DNA from: an uncultured delta proteobacterium
Lineage (GTDB): Bacteria; Myxococcota; Kuafuiibacteriia; Kuafuiibacteriales; Kuafuiibacteriaceae
DNA length: 64,000 bases
Direction of reading: 5' to 3'
NCBI GenBank assembly: GCA_963803435.1
Contig: CAWDML010000001.1
Coordinates: 3,008,001-3,072,000, forward strand
Of this stretch, positions 26,105 to 35,409 are shown in pieces (the first letter of the stretch is position 1; every line of letters begins with the position of its first letter). The position numbers and the translations under genes are program-made. A model generated the notes under the pieces. The model made no database searches. It was given only the letters and a program-made list of their open reading frames with translations, and was not told the DNA's origin.

Positions 26105-29100
26105 ATGCGCCGTGCACTCCCGCTGCTCGCCCTCCTCGGCTGCGCTCTGAGCCCGGGCCGCTCCGCCGAGAACCAATCGCTGCCTGCAACCCAGCTTGCA
26201 CCGACGCTCGTCCGGCTGACGGCGACCTCCACCGCCGCCGCCAAGTGGGACGTCGAGCAGATGCCGGGCGAGACCAGCGAAGCCAAGATCGACACCGACG
26301 AGGGCACCTGGCTCAGCCTCGACGTCAGCCCCGACGGCAAGACGATCGCGTTCGACCTGCTCGGTGACCTCTACGTGATGCCGATCGGCGGCGGCGAGGC
26401 CACCCGGATCTCCGCGGGCGCCGCCTGGGAGATGCAGCCCCGCTTCTCGCCGGACGGCGCCTGGATCGCGTTCATCAGCGACCGGGACGGCATGGACAAC
26501 CTGTGGCTGATCAAGCCGGACGGCACGGGCGCGCGCCAGGTCAGCAAGGAGAAGGAGAACGAGCTCTCCAGCCCCGCGTGGACCCCCGACGGACGGTTCG
26601 TAGCGGTGCGGAAGCACTTCACCGCAGAGCGAAGCCTGGGTGCCGGGGAGATCTGGCTGTTCCATCGCTCGGGCGGATCGGGCTCGATGATGACGAAGCG
26701 GCCGAACGAGCAGAAAGATCTGGGGGAGCCCGCGTTCTCGCCGGACGGTCGCTTCCTCTATTTCACCCAGGACGTCACGCCCGGGAAGTTCTTCGAGTAC
26801 AACAAGAACCCGTACGACACGATCTACGTGACCAAGCGTCTTGAGCTCGACAGCGGCCGCATCGATCGCTTCATCGACATGCCCGGAGGATCGGTCACAC
26901 CGACGCCTTCGCCGGACGGAAGGTCGATCGCGTTCGTGCGCCGGGTCGGGTTGAAGACGGCGCTGTTCCTCCATGACGTGGCCTCGAACGGCGATCGGAT
27001 GCTCTTCGACGGTCTCGATCGCGACATGCAGGAGACCTGGGCGGTCCAGGGCGTCTATCCCGGCTTCGACTGGACGCCAGACGGGAGGTCGATCGTGGTG
27101 TGGGCCGGCGGCAAGATCCTCCGCGTCGACGCCCGCGATGGGCAGGCCCACGCGATCCCGTTTCACGTCGCCGACACGCGCAAGGTGTGGAAGGCGGTGC
27201 GGTTCCCCGTCGAGGTGCACCCGAAGCGGTTCCACACCAAGATGCTGCGCTGGATCACCGCGTCGCCGGACGGCAAGCGCGCCGTGTTCCAGACGTTCGG
27301 GCGGATCTGGATCCGCGAGCTACCGAACGGCAAGCCGCGGCGTCTCACGGACTCGAAGGAGGATCTCTTCGAGCAGCATCCGTCGTTCTCGCGCGACGGC
27401 CGCTCGGTCGTCTTCACCACCTGGAGCGATCGCGAGCTCGGCAGCGTGCGGACGGTGTCGGCCGGCGGCGGCGCGAGCCGAACGATCACCTCCGTCCCCG
27501 GCCACTACGTGGAGCCGGTCTTCTCTCCGGACGGCGCGCGCGTGGTGTACCGCAAGACCGGGTGGGACGATCCCCTCCGCTCGAACCTCTACACCCAGGA
27601 TCCGGGCCTCTACGTGATCCCGGCGAAGGGCGGCGAGCCCCACCTCGTGACGCGGGAAGGCCACGATCCTTACTTCGCGGCGGAGAACGATCGCGTCTAT
27701 TACCGCACCGAGGAGGGGGAAGGAGACGCCAGCCGGCGGGTGCTCGCCAGCATCGAGCTGGACGGCAGCGATCCGCGAAAGCACGCGAAGGTCGCGCTGG
27801 GGAGCGAGCTCGTGCTCTCGCCGGACGGAAAGCGGTTGGCGTTCCGCTGGAACTATCAGGCCTACGTGGCGCCGTTCTCACCGACGGGCCAGGCCGTGGA
27901 TCTGGGGCCCGAGAGCAAGTCGGTCCCGGTAGTGCGCGTGAGCAAGGACGCCGGCACCAACCTCCACTTCTCGGGCGACGGCAACCAGCTCTACTGGTCG
28001 ATGGGTCCGGTGCTGTTCGCGCGCGATCTCCGCGACGCCTTCGCCGAGGTCGAGGGCGCGCCGGAGAAGAAGCCGCCGGTGGCGGACCAGGGGACTGACC
28101 TCGGCTTCGACGTCGACTCCGACATCCCCGTCTCGAAGATCGCGATCGTGGGGGGCCGCCTGGTGACGATGAAGGGTGACGAGGTGATCGACGAGGGCGT
28201 CGTGCTGATCGATCACAACCGGATCACGGCGGTCGGCCCGCGCTCCAGCACGGCGATCCCGAAGGACGCGCGCGTGATCGACGCGGCCGGTACCACGATC
28301 ATCCCCGGGCTGGTCGACGTCCACCATCACGGCCCGCAGGGCGACGACGGTCTGATCCCGCAGGCCAACTGGGCGCTCCACTCATCGCTCTCGTTCGGCG
28401 TGACCACCGTGCACGACCCGTCGGCCGACACCGCGACGATCTTCGCCGCCTCGGAGCTGGCGCGCGCCGGGATCATCCTGGCGCCGCGCATCTTCTCCAC
28501 CGGCACGATCCTCTACGGCGGTCATGTCCCAGTGCACGCGCAGATCGACAGCCTCGACGACGCGCTGAACCACCTCCGGCGGATGAAGGCGGTGGGCGCG
28601 ATCTCCGTGAAGAGCTACCGCCAGCGACGCCGCTCGCAGCGACAGCAGGTGCTGGCCGCGGCCCGCCAGACCGAGATGATGGTGGTGCCGGAGGGCGCGA
28701 GCATGTTCGAGGCCAACATGAGCATGGTGGTCGACGGCCATACCGGCGTCGAGCACGCCGTGCCGGTGGCGAAGGTGTACCGCGATGTCGAGCAGCTCTG
28801 GTCCCAGACCGAGGTGGGCTGGACGCCGACGCAGGTCGTCGCGTACGGCGGCCTCTGGGGTGAGAACTACTGGTATCAGCACATGGACGTGTTCGCGCAT
28901 CCGCGTCTGACGGCGTTCGTGCCCTCGTTCGTCCTCGAACCGCGCGCGCGCCGCCGAATGATGGCGTCCGACGGCGACTGGAACCACTTCGCCGTGGCGC
29001 GCACCGCCAAGCAGCTCAGCGACGCGGGCGTGCGCGTCAACCTGGGCGCGCACGGCCAGCGCGAGGGGCTCGCCGTCCACTGGGAGCTGTGGATGTTCGT

Positions 29101-29401
29101 GCAGGGCGGCGCGACACCGCACCAGGCGCTCCGAAACGGGACGATCAACGGCGCGCACTACCTCGGGATGGACGGCGACATCGGATCGATCGAGCCGGGC
29201 AAGCTCGCGGACCTCGCCATCATCGACGGCGACGTGCTGAAGGACATCCGCACCTCCGAGAACGTCCGGTACACGGTGCTCAACGGCCGTGTGTACGACG
29301 CGGCCACCATGAACGAGGTCGCGCCCGAGAAGCGAGCGCGCCGCACGTTCTACTGGGAAACGTCCCCGCGCGAGGCGAAGTCCACAGGCGACCGCTTCTA
29401 G
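26105..29401 (+). CDS. Amidohydrolase-family protein with N-terminal PD40/TolB-like beta-propeller repeats
   Basis: Signal/lipoprotein peptide; many P.FSPDG repeats; PGLVDVHHH; GSIEPGKLADL. Confidence 0.9.
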   Translation: MRRALPLLALLGCALSPGRSAENQSLPATQLAPTLVRLTATSTAAAKWDVEQMPGETSEAKIDTDEGTWLSLDVSPDGKTIAFDLLGDLYVMPIGGGEATRISAGAAWEMQPRFSPDGAWIAFISDRDGMDNLWLIKPDGTGARQVSKEKENELSSPAWTPDGRFVAVRKHFTAERSLGAGEIWLFHRSGGSGSMMTKRPNEQKDLGEPAFSPDGRFLYFTQDVTPGKFFEYNKNPYDTIYVTKRLELDSGRIDRFIDMPGGSVTPTPSPDGRSIAFVRRVGLKTALFLHDVASNGDRMLFDGLDRDMQETWAVQGVYPGFDWTPDGRSIVVWAGGKILRVDARDGQAHAIPFHVADTRKVWKAVRFPVEVHPKRFHTKMLRWITASPDGKRAVFQTFGRIWIRELPNGKPRRLTDSKEDLFEQHPSFSRDGRSVVFTTWSDRELGSVRTVSAGGGASRTITSVPGHYVEPVFSPDGARVVYRKTGWDDPLRSNLYTQDPGLYVIPAKGGEPHLVTREGHDPYFAAENDRVYYRTEEGEGDASRRVLASIELDGSDPRKHAKVALGSELVLSPDGKRLAFRWNYQAYVAPFSPTGQAVDLGPESKSVPVVRVSKDAGTNLHFSGDGNQLYWSMGPVLFARDLRDAFAEVEGAPEKKPPVADQGTDLGFDVDSDIPVSKIAIVGGRLVTMKGDEVIDEGVVLIDHNRITAVGPRSSTAIPKDARVIDAAGTTIIPGLVDVHHHGPQGDDGLIPQANWALHSSLSFGVTTVHDPSADTATIFAASELARAGIILAPRIFSTGTILYGGHVPVHAQIDSLDDALNHLRRMKAVGAISVKSYRQRRRSQRQQVLAAARQTEMMVVPEGASMFEANMSMVVDGHTGVEHAVPVAKVYRDVEQLWSQTEVGWTPTQVVAYGGLWGENYWYQHMDVFAHPRLTAFVPSFVLEPRARRRMMASDGDWNHFAVARTAKQLSDAGVRVNLGAHGQREGLAVHWELWMFVQGGATPHQALRNGTINGAHYLGMDGDIGSIEPGKLADLAIIDGDVLKDIRTSENVRYTVLNGRVYDAATMNEVAPEKRARRTFYWETSPREAKSTGDRF

Positions 29402-29481
29402 CGCACGGACGGAGTCGGAGGCGAAGGGCCGCTTCGCCTGTCCACTGCGAGCTGTGAGGATGCGCGCGGCGCAGCGTCGCC

Positions 29482-29895
29482 TCAATCCGATCCGATCAGC
29501 TCCCAGGGAAACTTTCCGGTCTTCTTCTTCTTGCCCGGCTCCGGGAGCCCGCGCTCGGACCCCAGGAGCTTGTTCCAGGTCTGCTCGTCGACCGCGCCCT
29601 TGCGCGCGAGCGCCTTGAAGACGTCGCTGGGCGGCGCGAGCTTCGCGCCCACCATCAGGAGCTCGCGGGCGGTCGTCGGGGACTCGAGCTTCTTGTCGAG
29701 CAGATGCGCGACGCGGAAGACGTTCATCAGCGCCTCGCTCGCCGACGCGGTGCCCAGGAAGGGCTTCAACATCATCTCGATGGTCGAGAGCGCCTGCCCG
29801 CTGAGCTGGTAGCGATCGCCGCCGGGCTCGCCGTGCGTGAAGAGCGCGAAGATGGCCTCGGGGACGTCTTCAGGATCGAGGGAGGACGGGCTCAT
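29482..29895 (-). CDS. Hypothetical protein
   Basis: Protein-like composition and GC3-rich codons; no motif recognised. Confidence 0.6.
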   Translation of the reverse strand: MSPSSLDPEDVPEAIFALFTHGEPGGDRYQLSGQALSTIEMMLKPFLGTASASEALMNVFRVAHLLDKKLESPTTARELLMVGAKLAPPSDVFKALARKGAVDEQTWNKLLGSERGLPEPGKKKKTGKFPWELIGSD

Positions 29896-29971
29896 CCAGA
29901 CAGCTTGAGCCCTTCCCATTCATTGTCGCAACCACCGAGCGCCGCCACCCGATATTCGTTCGGGGAATCCA

Positions 29972-31252
29972 ATGTCGAGCACTGATATTCGAGCCGCTCA
30001 CCAGAACGCACGCATCGCCTCGCCGAACGGCGAGAAGATCCGTGACCTCAACGCCGCCCACGCGATCCTGGGCTCCGCCGGCGAGACGATCCGTGGCGGG
30101 GAAGTCGACACTCTCAAGGAGATCTTCGCGGCCGAAGGCAAGAACCCCGCCAACGATGCCGAGGTCCGGGAGTGGGTCACCGAGCAGCTCCGCACCATGG
30201 AGGCGATCGAGAGCATCGCGCCCCAGATCAATCGCACCGTCTCTCAGCAGCGGCCCGGGTTCGAGCGCCTGCTCGCCGAGATGATGAAGGAGGGCACGCC
30301 CACCGAGTCGATCATCGCGCGCACGGCCAAGGCCTACGGCCTCGCGGTTCCGCCCGAGCTCGAGCACGTGTCCGAGGCGACCAAGAAGCTCCTCAACGCC
30401 GCCATCAAGAACGGCGCCACCTTCACCGACGCGCGCGCGCTCGAGAAGGGTGAATTCAACGTCGATCACGGATCGGTGATGCCGAAGGGCCTCAGCGAGC
30501 GCTATCCCCAGTGGCACGCGCTCGAGGACATCTATCAGGCGAGCGCCGCGCTCGAGCGACGCCCGAGCCTGCAGCCGCAGCAGATCGTCCGGGCCGACGG
30601 CCTGGATCCCCGATACACCATCCTCAACGGCGCGCGTGCGGCCAAGCTGGTGAGCGAGCCGCAGACGTTCAACGTCGAGACGCCCAACGGCAACGGCTTC
30701 GACCTCGAGCGGACCACGATGACCTGGGGCGAGTTCAGCCAGCTCGATCACAATCCCGACGCGATCGTGGCCGAGTACGACGAGAAGAGCCACCCCGACC
30801 ATCACGCCTGGACGCCGGGCGACGGTCCCTTCGCCAACAACGCGATGATCTGGTTGGACGGCACGCTCCACTTCCTCACCGCTCCGCGCCGGACCCTGAC
30901 GGACGACAAGATCAACCTCGGCGGCGGAATCCTCACCACCGGCTCCCTCGGTCGCGGCTACCCCGGCTGGTTCTGGGGCCACGTGGAAGGATCGGTGGTG
31001 GACTTGCCGAAGGATCCGAACGATCCCCAGAGCCCGTCGGTACCCACGTTCGTGATCGACCGCGTGGGCGTGTCGGGCTACATGTGCGGCGAGATCGCCG
31101 AGGGGCGGCTCACGATCCCGGATCCGGTGGACCTCATCAAGTCCGGGGGCCTGCGCACGCGGGACGGCCTCCAGGTCCAGTTCGAGAACGCCGAGAAGGG
31201 CCGATCGATCTGGAAGAATCCGACCACCGGCCTCATCGAAAAGAAGCCCTGA
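29972..31252 (+). CDS. Hypothetical protein (426 aa)
   Basis: Clear coding bias and a purine-rich RBS-like stretch upstream; no family recognised. Confidence 0.75.
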   Translation: MSSTDIRAAHQNARIASPNGEKIRDLNAAHAILGSAGETIRGGEVDTLKEIFAAEGKNPANDAEVREWVTEQLRTMEAIESIAPQINRTVSQQRPGFERLLAEMMKEGTPTESIIARTAKAYGLAVPPELEHVSEATKKLLNAAIKNGATFTDARALEKGEFNVDHGSVMPKGLSERYPQWHALEDIYQASAALERRPSLQPQQIVRADGLDPRYTILNGARAAKLVSEPQTFNVETPNGNGFDLERTTMTWGEFSQLDHNPDAIVAEYDEKSHPDHHAWTPGDGPFANNAMIWLDGTLHFLTAPRRTLTDDKINLGGGILTTGSLGRGYPGWFWGHVEGSVVDLPKDPNDPQSPSVPTFVIDRVGVSGYMCGEIAEGRLTIPDPVDLIKSGGLRTRDGLQVQFENAEKGRSIWKNPTTGLIEKKP

Positions 31253-31258
31253 GCGCCC

Positions 31259-32659
31259 TCAGCCGAATCGACGCTTGATCGCCGCGTAGGTGGCGCGCAG
31301 CCCCATCGCCTCGCCGCCCGCGGGCCGGCCCGGTTGCGAATCGAGGTTCCAGGCCATCACGTCGTAGTGAACCCAAGGCACGTCGTCGACGAACTCCCGC
31401 AGGAAGAGGGCCGCGGTGATCGCGCCGCCGTACCCTCCCCGTGAGACGTTGTTGATGTCCGCCACCTTGCTGTCGAGCAGGCGCCGGTACCCGGCCACCA
31501 GCGGCAATCGCCACAGCGGATCGGTGGTGCGGTCGGCGCTCTCGGCGAGGAGCGCGGCGGTCGGGTCGTGGTTCGTGAACATCGCCGGCACCTCGGTGCC
31601 GAGCGCGACGCGGGCGGCGCCGGTCAGGGTGGCGAAGTCCACGATCAGCTCCGGCTTCTCGCGCGCCGCTTCGGTCAGGGCGTCGCTGAGGATCAATCGT
31701 CCCTCGGCGTCGGTGTTGCCCACCTCGACGGTGAGCCCCTTCCGCGTGGTGATCACGTCGAGCGGACGGAACGCGTTGCCATCGACGGAGTTCTCGACGG
31801 CCGGGACGAGCACGCGGAGCCGGACCCTCACCGCGGCGTCCATGATCGCGTGCGCCAGCCCGAGGACGTGAGCCGCCCCGCCCATGTCCTTCTTCATCAA
31901 CAGCATGCCGTCGGCCGACTTCAGATCGAGCCCGCCGCTGTCGAAGCACACGCCCTTCCCCACCAGCGTGAGCTTGGGGTCATTCTTTCTCCCCCAGCGG
32001 AGATCGATCAGCCGCGGCTCGCGGACGCTGGCGCGCCCGACGGTGTGGATCGTGGGATAGTTCTTCTCGAGGAGCTGCTTCCCCACGATCACGCTGATGC
32101 TCGCGTCGTGCTGCTTCGCGAGCTTCTTCGCCTCGTTCGCCAGCTCGACGGGCCCCATGTCCGAGGAGGGCGTGTTGATCAAATCGCGGACCAGGTAGGT
32201 CGCCTCGACCAGCCGTGTCACCTCCTTCTTGTCGGCGCCGCTCGGCCAGGCCAGCACGCGGGCCTCCTCGCTCGAGGCCTTCCCGCTCTCGCCGTCCTGG
32301 CTTCGCGGGATGACCGTCCTGGAGGTCTTGTAGCGGCTGAACCGGTAGCTCGCGAGGGCCCACCCGAGAGCAGCATCGTCGCTCGCCGCGCCGTCGAGCG
32401 CGTACCGACCCGGCGGCAGCGCGGCCGGCGCGGCGGCCCAATCCCACAGCTCGCCGGCGCCGACGCCGAGGAGAAAGCCGGCGGGTCCCCGGTCGCCCGG
32501 GAGCGGACAGGCCGTGCCGGCCTTCGCGGTGAAGCCGAGGCGCTCGACCCAGGCGATCACGGACTTGCTCTGCTTCTTCAGCCAGGTCGCGAGCTCGTCC
32601 CGCTTGATCGGGGTCAGCGCGAGGCTGTGGGTCGAGCGCGTCGAGAGGCAATCGAGCAC
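31259..32659 (-). CDS. Leucyl aminopeptidase family (M17, PepB-like)
   Basis: LVGKGVCFDSGGLDLK, MKKDMGGAA, NTDAEGRL, DFATLTGA. Confidence 0.95.
   Translation of the reverse strand: MLDCLSTRSTHSLALTPIKRDELATWLKKQSKSVIAWVERLGFTAKAGTACPLPGDRGPAGFLLGVGAGELWDWAAAPAALPPGRYALDGAASDDAALGWALASYRFSRYKTSRTVIPRSQDGESGKASSEEARVLAWPSGADKKEVTRLVEATYLVRDLINTPSSDMGPVELANEAKKLAKQHDASISVIVGKQLLEKNYPTIHTVGRASVREPRLIDLRWGRKNDPKLTLVGKGVCFDSGGLDLKSADGMLLMKKDMGGAAHVLGLAHAIMDAAVRVRLRVLVPAVENSVDGNAFRPLDVITTRKGLTVEVGNTDAEGRLILSDALTEAAREKPELIVDFATLTGAARVALGTEVPAMFTNHDPTAALLAESADRTTDPLWRLPLVAGYRRLLDSKVADINNVSRGGYGGAITAALFLREFVDDVPWVHYDVMAWNLDSQPGRPAGGEAMGLRATYAAIKRRFG
32274..32329 (-). repeat. Intragenic hairpin repeat element, copy 2 (in frame in the aminopeptidase)
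   Basis: Sense strand aagacctccaggacggtcatcccgcgaagccaggacggcgagagcgggaaggcctc encodes KTSRTVIPRSQDGESGKA. Confidence 0.85.
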
Positions 32660-32706
32660 TCGAACGTGCTAGCAAATTTTGAGCGACGGCGGAAGGATGG
32701 GCGACC

Positions 32707-34578
32707 GTGATGCGGGTCCTGAAGAAGGTTGCGATCGGCGCCGGCATCCTGCTGCTGGCGATCGCCGCGCTGCTCGGCGTCTTCGAGCTCCTGTGGATCT
32801 CGGAGGCCGACCGAGCGCCCGAGTCGGCGACCGGCCGGCGCGACGTGGCGCTGGTCCGGACCAGCACGACGATGGTCGTGACCGCCAACCCGCTGGCGAC
32901 GAAGGCAGGCCTCGAGATCCTCGAGGCCGGTGGAAACGCGATCGACGCCGCGGTGGCGGTGCAAGCCGTGTTGACGCTGGTCGAACCCCAATCCTCGGGG
33001 ATCGGCGGCGGCGCGTTTCTCCTCCACTACGACGGACAGCGCCACCAGCTGGAGGCGTTCGACGGTCGTGAGACGGCGCCGGCCGAGGCGCCTCCGAGCC
33101 TGTTCATGCACGACGCCGGCGACCCGTACAACTTCATCGAGGCCGTGGTCGGCGGCCGCGCGGTCGGCGTGCCGGGAGCGCTGCGCGCGCTCGAGCTGGC
33201 GCAGCGAAGCCACGGCCAGCTCCCCTGGGCCCGGCTCTTCGAGCCCGCGATCGCGTTGGCGGAGCAGGGATTCGAGGTCACGCCGCGCCTCTTCCAGCTC
33301 CTCTCCAAGGACCCGATGCTCCCGACCATGCCGGCGGCCCGGGCGTACTTCTATCAGGACGACGGGCGCCCCAAGGCGATCGGAACGCGGCTCGTGAACC
33401 CGGAGCTGGCCGAGGTGCTCCGCGCCATCGCGCAGGGCGGCGCCGACGCCCTCTATCGCGGCCCCATCGCGAAGGACATCGTCGCCGCGGTGCGTTCGGC
33501 CGAGCGTCCCAGCATGCTCGAGGTCGGGATCAACCAGGCCATGCTGCAGATGGGCGCGCCCTACACGGCCGGCTTCGACGCCGACGAGCCGAACCCGGGC
33601 CTCCTCAGCGAGCAGGACCTGGCCGGTTATCAGGCGAAGATCCGCGAGCCGCTGTGCCGGCCCTACCGGACCTGGCGCGTCTGCGGCTTTCCGCCGCCGA
33701 CCTCGGGCGGGATCACGGTCCTAGAGGTGCTGTCGCTGCTGGAGCGCTTCGACCTGGGCGCGCGCACCCAGCCGGATTCGCCCGAGGCGCTCCATCTGAT
33801 CGCGGAGGCGGAGAAGCTCGCGTACGCCGACCGCGATCGCTACATCGCCGACACCGACTTCGTCCCGGTGCCGGTCGACGGCCTGCTCGATCCCGAATAC
33901 CTCGAGGCGCGCTCCGAGATGATCGATCCGAAGAAGGCCCGCAAGGCCGCCAAGGCTGGCCTGCCCGAGGGGATCAAGAGCGCGTTCGTGGACGGCGTGT
34001 CGCCGGAGCTGCCGTCCACCAGCCACTTCTCGATCGTCGACAGCCATCAGAACGTGGTGTCGATGACGACCAGCATCGAGTTCGTGTTCGGCTCGCACGT
34101 GATGGTCCACGGCTTCCTGCTCAACAACCAGCTCACCGACTTCTCGTTCCTCCCAGGGACGGAGAAGAGGCCGATCGCGAACGCGGTCGCGGCCAACAAG
34201 CGGCCTCGGAGCTCGATGGCGCCGCTGATCGTGTTCGATCAGAAGAGCGGTCAGCCCGTGCTCGCGATCGGCTCACCGGGCGGCAGCCGGATCATCGCGT
34301 ACGTCGTGCGCGCCACGCTGGGGATCCTCGAGTGGGGCCTCGATCCGCAGCGCGCCGTCTCGCTTCCGCACGTGGTCAACCGGAACGGCGCCACCGAGCT
34401 CGAGAACGACGGCTGGGACCCGGGCGAGCTGGACGCCGCCAAGAAGGCGCTCACCGCGCTCGGTCACACCGTCGAGGTGGGCGAGCAGAACAGCGGTCTC
34501 CACGCCATCTCGATCACCGAGCACGGCCTCCTCGGGGGCGTCGATCCCCGGCGGGAAGGTCTCGCCGCCGGCTGGTGA
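32707..34578 (+). CDS. ggt: Gamma-glutamyltransferase with N-terminal membrane anchor
   Basis: GGNAIDAAVA, EPQSSGIGGG, DGRETAP, nucleophile TSHFSIVD, LNNQLTDF, KRPRSSMAP, GSPGGSRI, DPRREG. Confidence 0.95.
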   Translation: MMRVLKKVAIGAGILLLAIAALLGVFELLWISEADRAPESATGRRDVALVRTSTTMVVTANPLATKAGLEILEAGGNAIDAAVAVQAVLTLVEPQSSGIGGGAFLLHYDGQRHQLEAFDGRETAPAEAPPSLFMHDAGDPYNFIEAVVGGRAVGVPGALRALELAQRSHGQLPWARLFEPAIALAEQGFEVTPRLFQLLSKDPMLPTMPAARAYFYQDDGRPKAIGTRLVNPELAEVLRAIAQGGADALYRGPIAKDIVAAVRSAERPSMLEVGINQAMLQMGAPYTAGFDADEPNPGLLSEQDLAGYQAKIREPLCRPYRTWRVCGFPPPTSGGITVLEVLSLLERFDLGARTQPDSPEALHLIAEAEKLAYADRDRYIADTDFVPVPVDGLLDPEYLEARSEMIDPKKARKAAKAGLPEGIKSAFVDGVSPELPSTSHFSIVDSHQNVVSMTTSIEFVFGSHVMVHGFLLNNQLTDFSFLPGTEKRPIANAVAANKRPRSSMAPLIVFDQKSGQPVLAIGSPGGSRIIAYVVRATLGILEWGLDPQRAVSLPHVVNRNGATELENDGWDPGELDAAKKALTALGHTVEVGEQNSGLHAISITEHGLLGGVDPRREGLAAGW

Positions 34579-34579
34579 C

Positions 34580-35365
34580 GTGCGCGTCCGGCTGAGCAAT
34601 GCCGAGCTCGAGCGCGGCCGCCTCCGCGTGCACACGCTCGAGAGATCGAAGGCCGCCTTCGACGGCGCCGGTTGGGTCCTCTTCGAGAACGCGTACGATC
34701 CCGGCCTCATCGAGTCGCTCCAGCGCGCGTTCTTCGCCCGCTACGGCGGACTGAGTGAGGACGACCTCCTGGCCGTCGGATCCAGGGTCGGACCCGACCG
34801 CTACATGTTCGCGATCGATCTCGAGCCGCCGTTCCTCGACCCGCAGCTCTACGCCAACCCCTTCGCGCTGGCGCTGATCCGGACCCTCCTGGGCGCCGAC
34901 TGCACGCTCGACAGCTTCTCAGCGGTGGTGGCATATCCCGGCGCCGAGGATCAGCACCTCCATCTCGATCACTCGCTCCTCTTCGAAGAACAGAGCGCCG
35001 CCAGCATGGCCCTGCCCGCCTATGCGCTCACCATGGTGGTGCCGCTGGTCAATCTCACCGAGCGCTCGGGAAGCACCCGCCTGTTCCAGAAGACGGCCCG
35101 GGCGGAGCCCTCGCTGTGGTCCCAGCTCCGCGGCGGCGAGATGATCGAGGCGAGCACCGGCGCCTGCTGGCTCATGGACTACCGGCTCGCCCACGCCGGC
35201 ACGCGGAACCCGAGCCAGGTCCCCCGCCCCATCCTCTATCTCGTCTACACCCGCAAGTGGTTCACGGACTCCGAGAACTTTCGGGACCGACCCCGCTTCT
35301 CGCTGGCGCCGAAGATGAAGGCGCTCATCCCCGAGGCCTATCTCCCCTTGTTCCGCCGGGCGTGA
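34580..35365 (+). CDS. Phytanoyl-CoA dioxygenase (PhyH)-family Fe(II)/2-oxoglutarate oxygenase
   Basis: QHLHLD (HxD), VPLVNL...GST, DYRLAHAG.RN.S...R.ILY. Confidence 0.8.
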   Translation: MRVRLSNAELERGRLRVHTLERSKAAFDGAGWVLFENAYDPGLIESLQRAFFARYGGLSEDDLLAVGSRVGPDRYMFAIDLEPPFLDPQLYANPFALALIRTLLGADCTLDSFSAVVAYPGAEDQHLHLDHSLLFEEQSAASMALPAYALTMVVPLVNLTERSGSTRLFQKTARAEPSLWSQLRGGEMIEASTGACWLMDYRLAHAGTRNPSQVPRPILYLVYTRKWFTDSENFRDRPRFSLAPKMKALIPEAYLPLFRRA

Positions 35366-35409
35366 TCCCCGCCTTGCCTCGCCGTCGGGCAGCAAGTACT
35401 CAGCGGGTC

